From the NCBI GenBank assembly GCA_043228905.1, contig JBHGNT010000003.1:372001-436000 (forward strand): DNA of 64,000 nt, given 5' to 3'. The notes under the pieces were generated by a model, which saw nothing but the letters and a program-made list of their open reading frames with translations, was not told where the DNA came from and did no database searches. This DNA comes from Azolla caroliniana. Taxonomy: Eukaryota > Plantae > Polypodiophyta. The translations under genes were made by a program, and so were the position numbers. Of the stretch, positions 12,650 to 25,900 are shown piece by piece. Within the stretch, counting starts at the first letter, position 1, and the number at the start of each line of letters is the position of its first letter.

Positions 12650-12981
12650 AATGGACAGTCCCATTTGTACTATAATGTAGAAATAGGTTGTAAATAACCG
12701 TTACGAAAAAAAAAAAAAAAAGAGAAGATAGCGACTATTAAAACGACTAAAGGCATGCACAAACTCCTAGTTCAAGAACACGCAGCACCACGATGGCTCA
12801 CCGCCCAATGAACCCTAAGCCACAAAAAGAAGGAAACAGAAGATTTTCTGCACAAAGTAGAAACCCATCTTCTAGCTATCAGCGCTCCCATTGCTCCTCC
12901 TCCTCACCTTCTTCCCCATCCTATCTCAAAGCTCCAACTCACCACTACTACCCGTCTCCTCTCCACGAACCTACTCTGGCG

Positions 12982-15450
12982 ATGCCGATCTTCATCTCTA
13001 CTGCCCTACGTTGATGGCTCGTAGAGAAGCGCTTGGATGATTACATTCGACACGGTCACCAACATCGACACGGTCACCAACACTTCCATTCGGAAGAAGT
13101 TAGACTTATCCTCACTAGGCGAAAGACATTTCGAAATACCTCCTGCAGAGGCGCTGCAGCGGTATTTTGGCCCATATTCATCCTCCGCCAAGGCCTATAG
13201 AACAAAACAGATTCCGGATCCCTTCTTCCGTGAAGTTGCCAAGTTCCTACTGGAAATCGGTTACGTCCATGTCAACGCATACGGGATGCCTAAGCAGAAG
13301 GCGGGCATCATTATCAACACCTTTGAAGGGCGTATAGTCGACTAGGGGGTCATCACAGGGCGGCGTTAAGGGAAGGCTTCCATGCGTACCAACCAGGCAA
13401 AAAGCTCAGGCCAATCATCCAACAATACCTTACGGTACTGTTTCCACCCCGAGGCCTCCCAGCACCGCAGCCCAGCCAACCCACGGCCCCGCCCCGCTCC
13501 GCGAAACGCAAGTTAGCGGAGTTAGCGGCCCCAGAGTGGGAGGAGGAACCCCAACCGGCCCAACCAGGCCCAAGGACAACACCTCCTACCGACCAACCGG
13601 ACACACGGGCGACGCAGGAGGAACATCCGAGATGCCCCATTGAAGCAGCCCCAGAACCAGACACCGAAGCACGTGGGGAAAGCCCTAGACCAAAACGGCG
13701 CAGATTGGACAAGAAAGATGGGCGAGGGTTGGTAAAAAACGCCCCCATGGCTCCGGAGGCACTGATCGAAGGCGAAGGCTCCGCAACAGCAGAGCCGAAT
13801 ACCACCTTCGAAATCATCCGGGAGTCGCGGCCGATTATTACGACTCAGTCCCAACGAAGGAAAGCCGTATTGACGGCGGAAAGCGAGGTTTTGGCATATC
13901 CGGATATTCCAGATACGGCCCACGAATTCAGCACCCTCTTGCAGTTCGGTAACTCTTTCGAGCTCATGGAGTTCCTGGCAACACAACAGGTCAAAGCCGC
14001 CCAACGAATGGCCGAGGAGCATGCGGAATGTGAGATGATAGAGCGCGCCCTAACACAAACAACGGAGAGCGACGATGAGGACCGGCTAGCCAGAATCGGC
14101 AGACAGAGAATGTCGGGGTACGGCGAGTAGGGATGGAGATACCAACCTTGAACACGGCCCTAGTCGAAGTCCATCGGGAACTGGCAAAGGTCAGCACGGG
14201 CGCCAAGGAGATGGCCATGAAAAATAAGAATGTCTGGAAGAAGGTTAAACTGACCAAACCTGAACTACAAAAGGCCAACGCACGCATCGCGGAGTTGCAC
14301 GCTCACGCGACTACGGCGCAACATGAAACCCCGCCACCGAACCACGTTATCAACGCTCTCAAAGAAGAAATCGAGGCTCAGACCGCCATCACCTCAAAAG
14401 CAAAAAGGGCCGTGCAGCTAGCAAAATCCGAAATCGACCATCTTCGAGCGGAACTACGCCAATCCTCCGACAAAGAAAAGGAGATACGGGCTAACGGACG
14501 AAAGGCCATAAAAAATCTTGAAGAGAAACTAGCTACGGAGGTAGCCCAGCACATCCGGACAAAAGATGACAACGCCCAATTATGAGAGGACACAAAGATA
14601 TCAAAGGCGGCAATAGCGGGACTTCGGGCCTTATTAGAAAAAAAGAAGGTATGGTTCTATGAGCAGTTGGTGGTCGAACAAGACAGAAGGCATCAACTCG
14701 AAATCCGCCTAAACAATGAAATGGGGAAATTAGAAGAACAACATGCAAAGGAATCCCAGCTGTGGGCGGGCCTGAAGGCCACGTATGAGGAAGCGGCAAC
14801 CGTTAAACAGCAGGAAATCGCAAATCTCCAGAAGTCGATGGAAGATGCACGCAACCGCTGCCAGGCCATCACGGATAACGTGCGCATCCTTCTCCAAACT
14901 AACCAGGAAAGGTTCACATCGCACTTAAAAATGGTGTTGGACAAAGGATGGATGGCATGGGCAACCCAAGCAGCGGAATTGCACGCGTATCGTGCAGACT
15001 CGGAGAATCGGCGGAAAGACGGCCGAGGGTTTTATAAGCTAAACGAGGAGAGCATTGCGATTGTACGGGAGGACCTAGCGCAAGACTATCGCGCGTTAGC
15101 AGACCAACACTCCGAAGAACTCGCACAACTCCTAGATGATTTTGGTGAAAGTCAGGAGGAGCTATTTCACCAGATCACACAAACCGGCAACATGCACACA
15201 AACGAGGAACCCAGCGGGACACCAATTCCAGTCACAGCCGAAGAAGAGGAACCTCAGGCCCGATCACTAGGGACGACAACGGGGGAGAATAGCAGGGACG
15301 AACGAGCGGAGTTCCCCACGGGACCAGACAGCGAAACCATTAACCAACAAGAGGTCCAGCCGCACCAGCCCACACCATCTTCAGAAAACGCGGAAAATAG
15401 TGCGGACCAGGCGGAATCCCCGCCCCACGCCCAGGGACACATAAAAATGC
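12982..15450 (+). pseudogene. Family A ORF3, copy 2
   Basis: ORFs 13037, 13705, 14133 and 14667 are collinear with 3713-6474. Confidence 0.82.
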
Positions 15451-15996
15451 CGAGGTACTTGAACGACACTTCAAATATGTGTCTCTGATTCGGCTCCGGA
15501 AAACCTCAACTTGACGGTTTTACCGATTCGGACATGTCGGCGGATGTGGATACCAACAGGTCTACATCCGGGTATGTAATGACATATGCAGGGGGAGCTA
15601 TTTCATGGCAGTTGAGGCTGCAGAAAACGGTTGCGTTGTCAACCATGAAGGCGGAGTACATGGCGGCTGTGGAAGCCGGCAAGGAAATAATATGGATAAA
15701 GAACTTCATCAGAGAGCTTGGTATCTGACAAGACTAATACCGGCTCTATTGCGACAGTCAAAGTGCTATCCACCTTGCTAAGAATGCGGCCTACCATTCC
15801 CGGACGAAGCATATCCAGCGAAGGTATCACTGGATCCGGGAAAGAGTAGATGAGCAGGAGTTCGCGCTAACGAAGATCCACACGGCCGAGAACGGGTCAA
15901 ATATGTTGTCCAAAGTGTTGATACCCGACAAGCTAGATGCATGTCGGAAGAGGATCGGACTAGTAAGACATCCCATGCCGGAGTGAAGGGGGAGTT

Positions 15997-16693
15997 TGTT
16001 AGGAAACAGTTCCCTCCGGATGGGAAGTGAGAAGAACAGTACCGAAACCGGATGAGGAGTACCCGGCAAGAGCCGAATGGTGAAGACCCGGTGAGAACCG
16101 GATGAAGTGTACCCGATTACGGAAGACCCGGTGGGAACCGGATGAAGAGTACCCGGCTACGGAAGACCCGGTGAGAACCGGATGACGAGTACCCGGCAAG
16201 CGCCGGATGATGCAGGCCCGGTGAGGAGTGCTCACCGAATGAAGGGACATATTCGTAAATATGTTTCTGAGAGTCCATCGGGGCTATATTTGTAAATAGC
16301 CGAAAAGTCATATTAGTATAAATATGACTTAGGGCAAACCTTAGATATATTTGTTGTCATTCTTGTTGGCACAAGATTAGAGCACGCAACTGTGTACAGA
16401 GAGAGAGAGAGAGGAAGAGGACGTTGCCTCTGTTGTAACTGCCGCCTGTGGCGAAGATAGAAAGCTCGAGGTTGTTGCTTCAGTGCTTTACCATTTGTAC
16501 ATTCTGACATAGTGATAGTTTGCAGTCTTTGGGTTGTCGTGGTTTTCTCCCTAGTTTGGGTTTTCCACGTTAACATCCTGTGTTCTCTTCTCTCCATTGT
16601 GTCGTGCATTCATTCCCCGTTTTTTTTTATGTGTTTTGATTCTAAGCTCGGTTGTGGCTGAGCGTTGTTCATTCGGAGCGTGTGTTCTTGTCA
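15997..16693 (+). repeat. Family C 3' LTR with ~40-bp tandem repeats
   Basis: TGTTAGG...TGTCA after the PPT; homologous to 46953-47590; family A sequence starts immediately after it. Confidence 0.85.
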
Positions 16694-17615
16694 TTCCAGA
16701 CATTCTTATTTTTAATGGCCATCTCCTTTGCGCCCGTGCTGACCTTTGCCAATTCCCGATGGACTTCGACTAGGGCCATGTTTAATGGGGGTAGCTCCAT
16801 CCCCACTCAGCGTACCTCGGCATTCCTCTGTCTACCGACCCTGGCTAACCGGTCCTCATCGTGGCTCTCCGCCGTTTGTGTTAGGGCGCGCTCGATCATC
16901 TGGTGTTCTACATGCTCTTCGGCCATTCGTTGGGCGGCTTTTACCTGTTGTGTTGCCAGGAATTCCATGAGCTCAAAAGAAGTTCCAAACTGTAAGAGGG
17001 CATTCAACTCATGGGCCGTATCCGGGATATCCGGATATGCCAAAACCTTGCTTTCCGCCGTCAATACGGCTTTCCCTCATTGGGACTGGGTCGTAATGAC
17101 CGGTTGTGGCTCCCGGATGATTTCGAAGGTGGTATTGGGTTCCGTAGTTGCGGAGCCATCGGCTTCGGTCGGTCTCTCTGTCGCCGTGGGGACGTCTTTG
17201 ACCAACCCCCGCCCATCTTTCCTGTCCAATCTACGTCGTTTCAGTCTGGGGCTATCCTGCTGTGTTTCGGTGTCTAGCTCTAGGGCTGCTTCCACGGAAC
17301 GTGCCGGTTGTTCCTCCTACGTTGTCCGTGTGTCCGGTTGGTCGGTAGGTGTTGTCCTTGGGTCTGGCTAGGCGGTTTGGGGCTCCTCTTCCCACTCTGG
17401 GGCCGCTAACTCCGCTAACCTGCGCTTCGCGGATCGAGGCGGGGGCGTGGGTCGGCTGGGTTGCGGTGTCGGCAGGCCTTGGGGTGGGAATAGTACCATA
17501 AGGTACTGTTGTATGATCGGCCTAAGCTTTTTGCCTGCCTGGTACACATGCAGGCCTTCCCTTAACATCGGCCCTGTCATGACCCCCCAATCGACCACAC
17601 GCCCTTCAAAGGTAT

Positions 17616-17945
17616 TGTTGAGCGGCAAGCTCAACCAGAGCCGGATCGGCTAAATAAGCCGGACCCGGTAAGCGAGACGGAATGGGCGAAACGGATCGGT
17701 ATGATGGTGAGCAACCGAACCGGCAAGCAGTGGAGGCCGGGTGCAATCCGTAACCGGCAGTCCAATCGGAAGCCTAGTATAGGATAGACAACTAGGTAGC
17801 TATAGTCTCGTAGTAACTGTCAGATGCTCGTGTGAGCATTGAAGTACATGGTACTTCTGTCAGTCCCAATAGGACTTGTATAAATAGTGCTACTTAGCAC
17901 AGTGTGTTGTTAAGGAGACATGATATAATTTTGAAATTGTGTTCT

Positions 17946-17993
<48 letters not shown>

Positions 17994-18032
17994 GTTCTCT
18001 GTTTTACACTTCCGCAAACACTTACGTTTACA
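17616..18032 (+). repeat. Family D 5' LTR with (CT)n
   Basis: TGTTG...TTACA; direct repeat of 21776-22170. Confidence 0.93.
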
Positions 18033-18126
18033 TGGTATCAGAGCGCAAGGGTTGAGAACCTCTGCTGCAGACATTTACTCTTGAGAAGAAAACCCTAACA
18101 GGTCGAAAACAGACACAGTAGAAGAC

Positions 18127-21100
18127 ATGGATAGAGGCATGGCTACGTCGCTCCCGGTGGAGAAGCTCGACAGGAGCAACTACGCATCATGGTCTTACAA
18201 GATGCACCAGTACCTGCTTGGACACGGGTACTGGAGTTATGTCGAAGGAGCGAATGATGCGGCGCCAGACTCGGCACACAAGGACTTCCCGGTATGGGAA
18301 CAGGCGGCAAGCAGGGTGATGTACTACTTCGCGTCCAGTGTCGGCGATCAGCTGCTCAGCCACATCCATGACGCCAAGACACCGAAGGATGCTTGGGGGA
18401 ACCTGAAAAAGGTTTTCGCCACAAGCACCACTGCACGGAAGCTGCAACTCAGACAGGAGTTGAGCAATGTTCGACAGAAGAACATGTCTGTGGCAGACTA
18501 CACGGGCCCGATAAAGGAGATCTGCGACTCGCTCGCCTCTATCAATGTTACCGTAAAGGAAGACGAGATGGTGCAGGTATGTCTCAGAGGCCTGGCGTCT
18601 AAGTTCGGAGCGTTCCGGACTGCGGTGTGTACAAGGGAGAATACCCCCTCATTCTTCGACTTAAAGTCGATGCTCCTTATAGAGGAGAACCACGCCGATG
18701 CATCTACCAGTGCATCCCCGGACAGCCGAATGTTGTACACGGGAACAAATCGGCTCCGTGGGCGTGGTGGAAGAGGTGGGTCGGCACGCAATGGAGGCGG
18801 CCGGCAAGAGCAGGAACGGAGGCCCTATGAGCGTGCCGACAGCAGTTCCGGGACTTCCATAAGCAGGGGGAGTCAAGGCGGTGCCGGAGGCCGGCAAGAC
18901 AAATCCGCTACGGAATGCTAGTAGTGTGACAAAAAAGGCCACAGGGAAAGCGAGTGCTGGAGAAAGCGTGCCGATTCGGACAAATCCGGATCCGGAAAGA
19001 CCGGTAAGGATGGTTGGCAAAACTCGCACTACGCAAACGGATCAGGAGGATCCGGAATCGGAAAGGCCGGTAAGGAACCAGCCTTGGTGATGAATCACAA
19101 GGCAAACTCAATGAAGAAGACCACTTCCAAAACAGAGGAAGTGTGGTATGTTGATTCCGGCGCGTCGAACCACATGATGAGCCACAAAGAGTGGTTCTCC
19201 TTTCTGGAGAAACCGGATCAACCAGGAGTAGTCGAAACCGGAGACGACACTCCTCACCCAATCGTGCACGTCGGAGAAGTCCCTCTGAGCCACATCGGAC
19301 AGAAAGGGAAGCTGATGAACGTATTACACGTTCCGACAATCACGAAGAACCTAGTGTCCATCGGTCAGATTGTCGACCAAGGGATGCAGGTGCGGTTTAC
19401 GCACCTCGGGTGCTTCATTGAGGATGAGGGCGAAGTCATTGCGCAAGGGTGCAGAGACGGGAGGATGTTTATCCTCAACACCAATGACCTTGGCACCGCT
19501 CTGTTTGCGAATCGACAGAAGGTCGAGTCGGACATCGACCTGTGGCACAAGCGGATAGGCCACGTCAACTACCGTAGGCTTCAAGACCTGCAAACAAAAC
19601 AAGTCGTTTTCGGTTTGCCGAAGTTCAGCGGCCGGAGAGCCAAAATTTGTGAAGCCTGCCAACATGGGAAGCAACACCGGCTTCCATTCCCCACCGAACG
19701 GAACCGGAGCCGTAACAAGCTCGATCTCATCCATTCGGATGTGTGGGGACCGGCACAAAGTGTAAGCCTTGGCGGGAGCCGATACTTCGTCTCCTTCATC
19801 GACGACTATACTCGACATACTTGGATCTATCTCATTGAGTGGAAGAGCGAAGTCTTCGACTGTTTCCGGAGCCTCCAGAAGATGGTGGAACGGGAATCGG
19901 AGAGGAAGATCAAATGCCTTCGGTCGGATGGCGGAAAGGAATATTTTTCCGGCCAATTCACTAGTTATCTGCAGCAGAAGGGAATTCGGCGAGAGTTCGG
20001 CTGCAGATACACACCAGAGCAAAATAGTGTGGCCGAAAGGAAGAACCGGACACTCGTCGAAGCGGCAAGGGCAATGCTGGAGGAGAAGAGCATGCCCCGG
20101 TTCTACTGGGCAGAGGCGGTCCAGACGGCCGTCTACATACAAAACCGCATTGGTGACAAGGTATCAGCTCATGAGCTGTATTTCGGGCGCAAGCCGAACA
20201 TAAGACACCTTCGGATATTTGGCAGCATAGCGTATGTGCATGTGCCGGATCAGAAGCGGAGAAAGCTGGATGCAAAATCGGAAAAATGCATCCTAGTCGG
20301 CTATGCTCAAGAGCAAAAGGGGTTGTCGGACCAGGAACCAGAAGCTCCGTCCCAACTCCGGACAGGAACCAGAAGCTCCGTCCCAACTCCGAACCAGCCT
20401 GCAATGAGAAACGGTTCCGACAGGTTGTCGGAAGCCTGATCTACTTAACCATCACCCGACCCGACATCAGCTATCCGGTCGGGATGGTAAGTCAATTCAT
20501 GCAGGAGCCAACCGTGGAGCACCTTCAGTGCGTGCAACGAATATTACGGTATGTCAGCGGCACTAAGGACCGGGGACTGCTATACCGGCGAGGTATACCC
20601 GAAGAGCTCGTCGGTTACACAGATGCTGACTGGGCCGGCGATGCGTCTGATCGTCGTTGCGTAGAGCAGCAAGAAGCAGCCCACAGTGGCTTTGTCAAGC
20701 ACTGAGGCTGAGTACCGGGCCGCTACCGTTGCCACTTGTGAAGCCATGTGGCTTCGGCGACTGCTGCGAGACCTGCGGATCGAGGTGCCGACCCCGATCC
20801 CGATTTACTGTGATAACATGAGCAGCCTGCAGCTTGCCAGGAACCCTGTGTTCCATGCTCGCACAAAGCACATCGAGGTGCACTACCGTGCGTGAGCGGG
20901 TCCTGAGCGGTGAAGTTGACCTACGGTATGTTCATACGGATCGGCAAGTTGCCGACATCTTCACCAAGCCGCTCGGATCGGACAAGTTGCAGCACTTTAC
21001 TGACATGCTTGGTATTCAGCATCTCGACGTGCCGCACTTGAGGGGGAGAAGCAAGGGCAAAGTCTCTACCGAAACGGGCAAAGGCCAAAAACCTGTTGAA

Positions 21101-21781
21101 CCCGTCGGTAAGAGGAGAGCCGGAAGAAGAGGAGACAAGAAGCTGAAGGAAGCCGAGTCGACGAAGGAAGTCGACACATCCGAAAAGGTCGGAGCAAGCG
21201 GCTGTGAAGAAGAGTTGTGCACTCAGGAAGAGAAGCGCATGCTGTGCGGAGGTCATCATGACGGTACTGACCATGATACGGAGTCGAATGAAGAATTCGA
21301 TTTCGGTTCACCGGCTGAAGAAGCTGAGGGAAGCATGGAGAAGGCCAAGACTCGGAAGTGGTTCGATGTGGTGAGAGGCCTGACACCGGAAGTCGAATCG
21401 GAGTGTACCGATTCGGACAAGAGCTGGAACGAGTCGAAGACAACTGACTCGGATCAACAGATGGATCCGGATGAAACGGATCGACTGAAGCCCAAGGGGA
21501 CACGGACACAACGGAAGTCGATGCCATCGTGGGAGAACCGACGGATCGGCAAGCGCCAGAGTCACAGCAACGTGACTGTTGAGATGGACCGATTGAGCAG
21601 ACATACCGACCGAGAGGGTCGAGGCGCGCAGAACCAAAGGGGTCGCGGCAAACGGGACCGGACCGGACGAGGAGCGCGAGCAAGGCGGAGTGTCGCCAGG
21701 AGAAGTCGGTTGGAAGAACCGACTGCCACAGAGGTCGACACTACGACCCCACCTCAGGTTGAGCTTGAGGGGGAGTGTTGA
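18127..21781 (+). pseudogene. Family D gag-pol with C-terminal extension
   Basis: Gag, PR (WYVDSGASNHM), IN (LWHKRIGH, HSDVWGP, RSDGGKEY) and RNaseH (ADIFTKPL); about 1.4 kb of RT is missing at ~20325 relative to copy 2. Confidence 0.92.
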
Positions 21782-22170
21782 GCGGCAAGCTCAACCGCAG
21801 CCGAATCGGCTGAATAAGCCGGAGCCGGTAAGCGAGACGGATCGGGCGAAACGGATCGGTATGACGGTGAGCAACCGAACAGGCAAGCAGTGGAGGCCGG
21901 GTGCAATCCGTAACCGGCAGTCCAATCGGAAGCCTAGTATAGGATAGACCACTAGGTAGCTATAGTCTCGAAGTAAGTGTCAGATGCTCGTGTGAGCATT
22001 GAAGTACATGGTACTTCTGTCAGTCCCAAGAGAACTTGTATAAATAGTGCTACTTAGCACAGTGTGTTGTTAAGGAGTCTTGATATAATTTTGAAATTGT
22101 GTTCTGCTCTCTCTCTCTCTCTCTCTCTGTTGTTCTCTATTTTACGCTTCCGCAAACACGTACGTTTACA
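21776..22170 (+). repeat. Family D 3' LTR
   Basis: Direct repeat of 17616-18032 with a shorter CT run. Confidence 0.93.
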
Positions 22171-22909
22171 AGTATCGATAGTGATGCCCGCCTTTTGGTT
22201 AGGCATCCCATATGCGTTGACATGTACGCAGCTGACTTCTAGCAGGAACTTGGCAACTTCACGGAAGAAGGGATCCGGAATCTGCTTTGTTCTATAGGCC
22301 TTGGCGGAGGAGGAATATGGCCCGAAATACAGTTGCAACGCCTCTGGAGGAGGGATTTCGAAATGCCTTTCGCCTAGCGATGACAGGTCCAACTTTTTCC
22401 GGATGGAGGAGTTGGTGATCGTGTCGATGTTAAGCTTCCTGGCGATGTCCATGGCATCCAGGTGTGGGGGTGCCTCTGCGACCCGGATGTACCCATCCAG
22501 GCGTTTCTCCACGAGCCATTGGCGTAAGGCAGTAGAGATGATGATCGGCATCGCTAGAGGAGGTTCGTGGAAAGAAGACCGGTGGTTGCGGTGGGCTGAA
22601 GCTCTGTGATAGGATGGGGGAGAAGGTGAGGGGAGGAGCGATGGGAGCGCTGATAGCTAGAAGATGGGTTTCTGTTTTGTGCATAAAATCTTCTATTTCC
22701 TTCCTTTTGTGGCTTAGGGTTCATTGGGCGGTGAGCCATCGTGGTGCTGCGTGTTCTTGAACTAGGAGTTTGTGCATGCCTTTAGTCGTTTTAATAATCG
22801 CTATCTTCTCCTATTTTTTCTTCTTTTTTTTCTTCTTTTTTCTTTTTTTCTTTTCGTAACGGTTATCTACAACCTATTTTTACATTATGGTACAAGTGGG
22901 GTCGTCCAT

Positions 22910-25900
22910 TTACGCTGCGGGTTCTCCGGCTCTGTCCTGTTCGGCGGTGAATGGGGTAGGTGGCGTAGGGCCCAGGTAAGGTTTGAGCCGAAACCCATTC
23001 ACCTTTTGCCGTACTACTTCCCCGGCCAGCGTACCTAGTTGGAACGTGCCTTGTTCCGCTCCAATTATCCTGTATGGGCCGGTCCAGCAGAATCGTAACT
23101 TCCATGGCATATGCCCATGCGAGTTTGGAAAACCAGCACTGCTTGACCCACGGCGAACTCCTTTTCCCTTGCGTTCCGATGTCAATCCACAAACGCTTTA
23201 CGCCATTGTTGTTCCTGCTCCAACACAGCCATGTTGTGGACGCGTTTTTCCCCGAGTTCAAGGAGTTGGTGGAGCCGTACCTCCTCCGACTTGGCTTTTG
23301 ATAGTCGGTTCCGTACCTGAATTCGCAAACTGGATGCCTGAAATTCGACCGGCATCACAGCCTCCAGCCCAAACGCTAGTCGAAACGGTGTTGATTGTAT
23401 GCTTGTTTTGTAGTTGGTTTGTAGGCCCATAACGCACTCTGTAATTTGGTATCCCAATCCGTTCTATTTTCATTGACGATTTTCTTTAAAATGGTCTGCA
23501 ATGTCTTATTGGTTGATTCTGCTAATCCATTCGCCTGTGGATAATATGGCGTACTCTTCTTATGGACTACCGCGTAATGATGTGTTAGTTCCCGAACCAC
23601 CGTATTGAGAAACTGACTCCCTTGATCACTGATGAGCTAAATCGGACAACCGAACCTGCACCAGATGTGCTCGTAAAGGAATTTGGTTGTGACGGCCGCC
23701 GTATTTTCACGTAATGCTTTTGCTTCTACCCACTTGGTACAATAATCCGTGGCTACCAATATGTATTTATTGCCCGTACGGGCTGCCGCCGGTGAGAAGG
23801 GGCCCACAAAATCCAATCCCCACTTTTGGAAGGGGTCTAGCGGTAATATGGGCTGGTGTGGCATCCTTGCGCCCTCCGCAGGCTGGCCCATCTGTTGACA
23901 CAAATCACAATTTCTACAATACTCGGATGCGTCCTTCTGCGTTGTTGGCCACCATAAGCCTGCCTACCATACTTTTCGGGCTGTAACGTCGCCCGCGTAA
24001 TGGCCGCCTGCCGTGCCGCAGTGTGCCTCCCGTAAAACTGCTTCCTTCTCATCCTGACGTACCCCACGTCGCCAAATGTCGTCACTTCCTTTGTGATATA
24101 AAAAAAAAAAAAAAAAAATGCCTTCAACGAGGCAGAACTGACGGCTTCGGACAGCTAGTCGTTTCTTCTCGTCCGTGCGTAATTGTGGTGGAGGCAGTCC
24201 CGTAGTCAAAAAGTACGTCATTTCCATAAGCCACCGGTCCGGAAAGGTCAATTCTGTTCTTTCTGCTAGTGTCACTACCCGCAGGATATCGGCGTCCGGA
24301 AAATCGTCGTCATCTTTCTGTACTGTTTCTCCATTCTCGAGTCTGCTCAAAAAATCCGCCACTACGTGTTGCGTCCCTGGTCGGTGCTGGATTACAAAAT
24401 TGAATTCCTAGAGCAGTAGTATCCACCGCGCCAATTTCCCTATCAGGGCTTGTTTCTCCACCAAATACAGCAGCGCCGAATGATCCACGTGGAACGTGAA
24501 TTTCCTTCCTAATAAATAATGCCGGAATTTATTGATGCTATAAATCATCCCTAGCGCCTCCCACTCCGTTGTGGAATAGTTACGCTCTACTGTTGATAAT
24601 TTGTGACTAGCATAGTATACTGGCCGGTACCAGTTTGGTTCGGTGAGCTACATTAGTGGACTTCCTATTGCTATGTCTGAGGCATCGACGAACACGTGGA
24701 ATGGCTTCGCCCAAACTGGTGGTTGTACAACGGGGCCTATATGAGCATTATCTTAAGTGCCTCATAGGCCTTATCCTCCGTTGTAGTCAATTGGAAAGGA
24801 GTCCGATGTACGGTAGCGTGTAACGACGTGGCGAAGTCCGCCAAATACCGTATCATCCGACTATGCCACCGTATTTGTCCTAAAAACCGGCTGAGGGATT
24901 TGGCGTTTGTCGGAGTTTTGGCTTGCGTAATCGCGGAGATCTTGTTCGGGTCAACCGCTATTCCCTCCTTGCTGACTATATGGCCCAGGAGAGTCCCGTT
25001 GGTCACGCCGAAAGCACATTTCGCGGGATTCAGGCTTAAGCGTGCGGTGCGGCAACATTCCAGGCATAGTTGTAAGTGCGTAAAATGATCTATTGTTCTC
25101 CCATATACCGCAAAGTCGTCTAAAAAAACTTGCATGAATGCCGGAATGTATTCCCCAAATATCTCCGTATTTGTCCGTTGAAATGTTGTCGGCGCCGTCT
25201 TTAGCCCGAACATCATGACGACTGCCACATATACTCCCCAATCCGTGACAAATGTCGTCTTTTCTTGGTCCTCGGGATGCATGCGTACCTGGTTATAGCC
25301 ACTGAAGCCATCTAAAAAACTGTACATCTCATGGCCTGCGACGGCGTCAAGTACGCTATCGGTGAAGGGTAAGGGAAATGTGTCCATAATGGTTACGGCG
25401 TTTAATTTTCGGTAATCTACGCATACTCGTATTTTGCTATTTTTCTTTGGAACGACCACTATCGGGCTTAACCATGTCGCTTGTTTAACTGGTCGTATGA
25501 ACCCCGCCTTCAGGAGCTTGTCAATTTCTTCTTTCACGCGGGTCACGTAGTTCGGGTTCATGTGGTAGTGGCGCTACTGGACGGGTTTCGCGTCGGTTGC
25601 TAAATTGATCTTATGCTTATAGAACTTGGGATCTAACCCCTTCATGTCCTCGTGAGCCCAAGCAAACACATCCTTATATTCCGTGAGTAGTGCGATCATC
25701 GTGTTTCTCTGGTCCGGCCTTAATTCCTTCGCGATGGAGAGGAAACGGGGCTCTGATTCCGTACCCACATTTACTTCTTCGAGGGCGGAAGCGGTGACTC
25801 ATCGTGAAATCTCCATTTCCCTTTCAAATGCCACCCGTGCTCTGCTGAGTTCCAATATGGACTCTAGGTTTGGTTGGTAAGGCTCGTCGTGGAGAACAGT

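Larger units (their letters stand above)
7281..15453 (+). mobile_element. Ty3/Gypsy family A, copy 2 (5' LTR to ORF3; 3' LTR lost)
   Basis: LTR 7281-7719, PBS, gag-pol 8008-12649, ORF3 12982-~15450, then a direct return to the Copia host. Confidence 0.92.
6964..16693 (+). mobile_element. Ty1/Copia family C remnant (RT/RNaseH at 6964-7280 and ~15454-15986, plus 3' LTR), split by family A copy 2
   Basis: LSQEKYVTKVL...YASAVGSLMYAMVCT...KWILR stops at 7280 and resumes at ~15454 (tacttgaac...STSGY...AEYMAA); PPT gaagggggag precedes the LTR. Confidence 0.88.
17616..22170 (+). mobile_element. Ty1/Copia family D, copy 1 (two LTRs, internal RT deletion)
   Basis: LTRs 17616-18032 and 21776-22170; TSD ggtat/agtat; PBS tggtatcagagc (tRNA-iMet) at 18033; PPT gagggggag at 21767. 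Confidence 0.95.
16694..22551 (-). pseudogene. Family A ORF3, copy 3 (split by the 17616-22170 insertion)
   Basis: ORFs 22054..22551(-), 17368..17634(-), 17077..17295(-) and 16807..17064(-) match ORF3 of copies 1 and 2. Confidence 0.82.
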
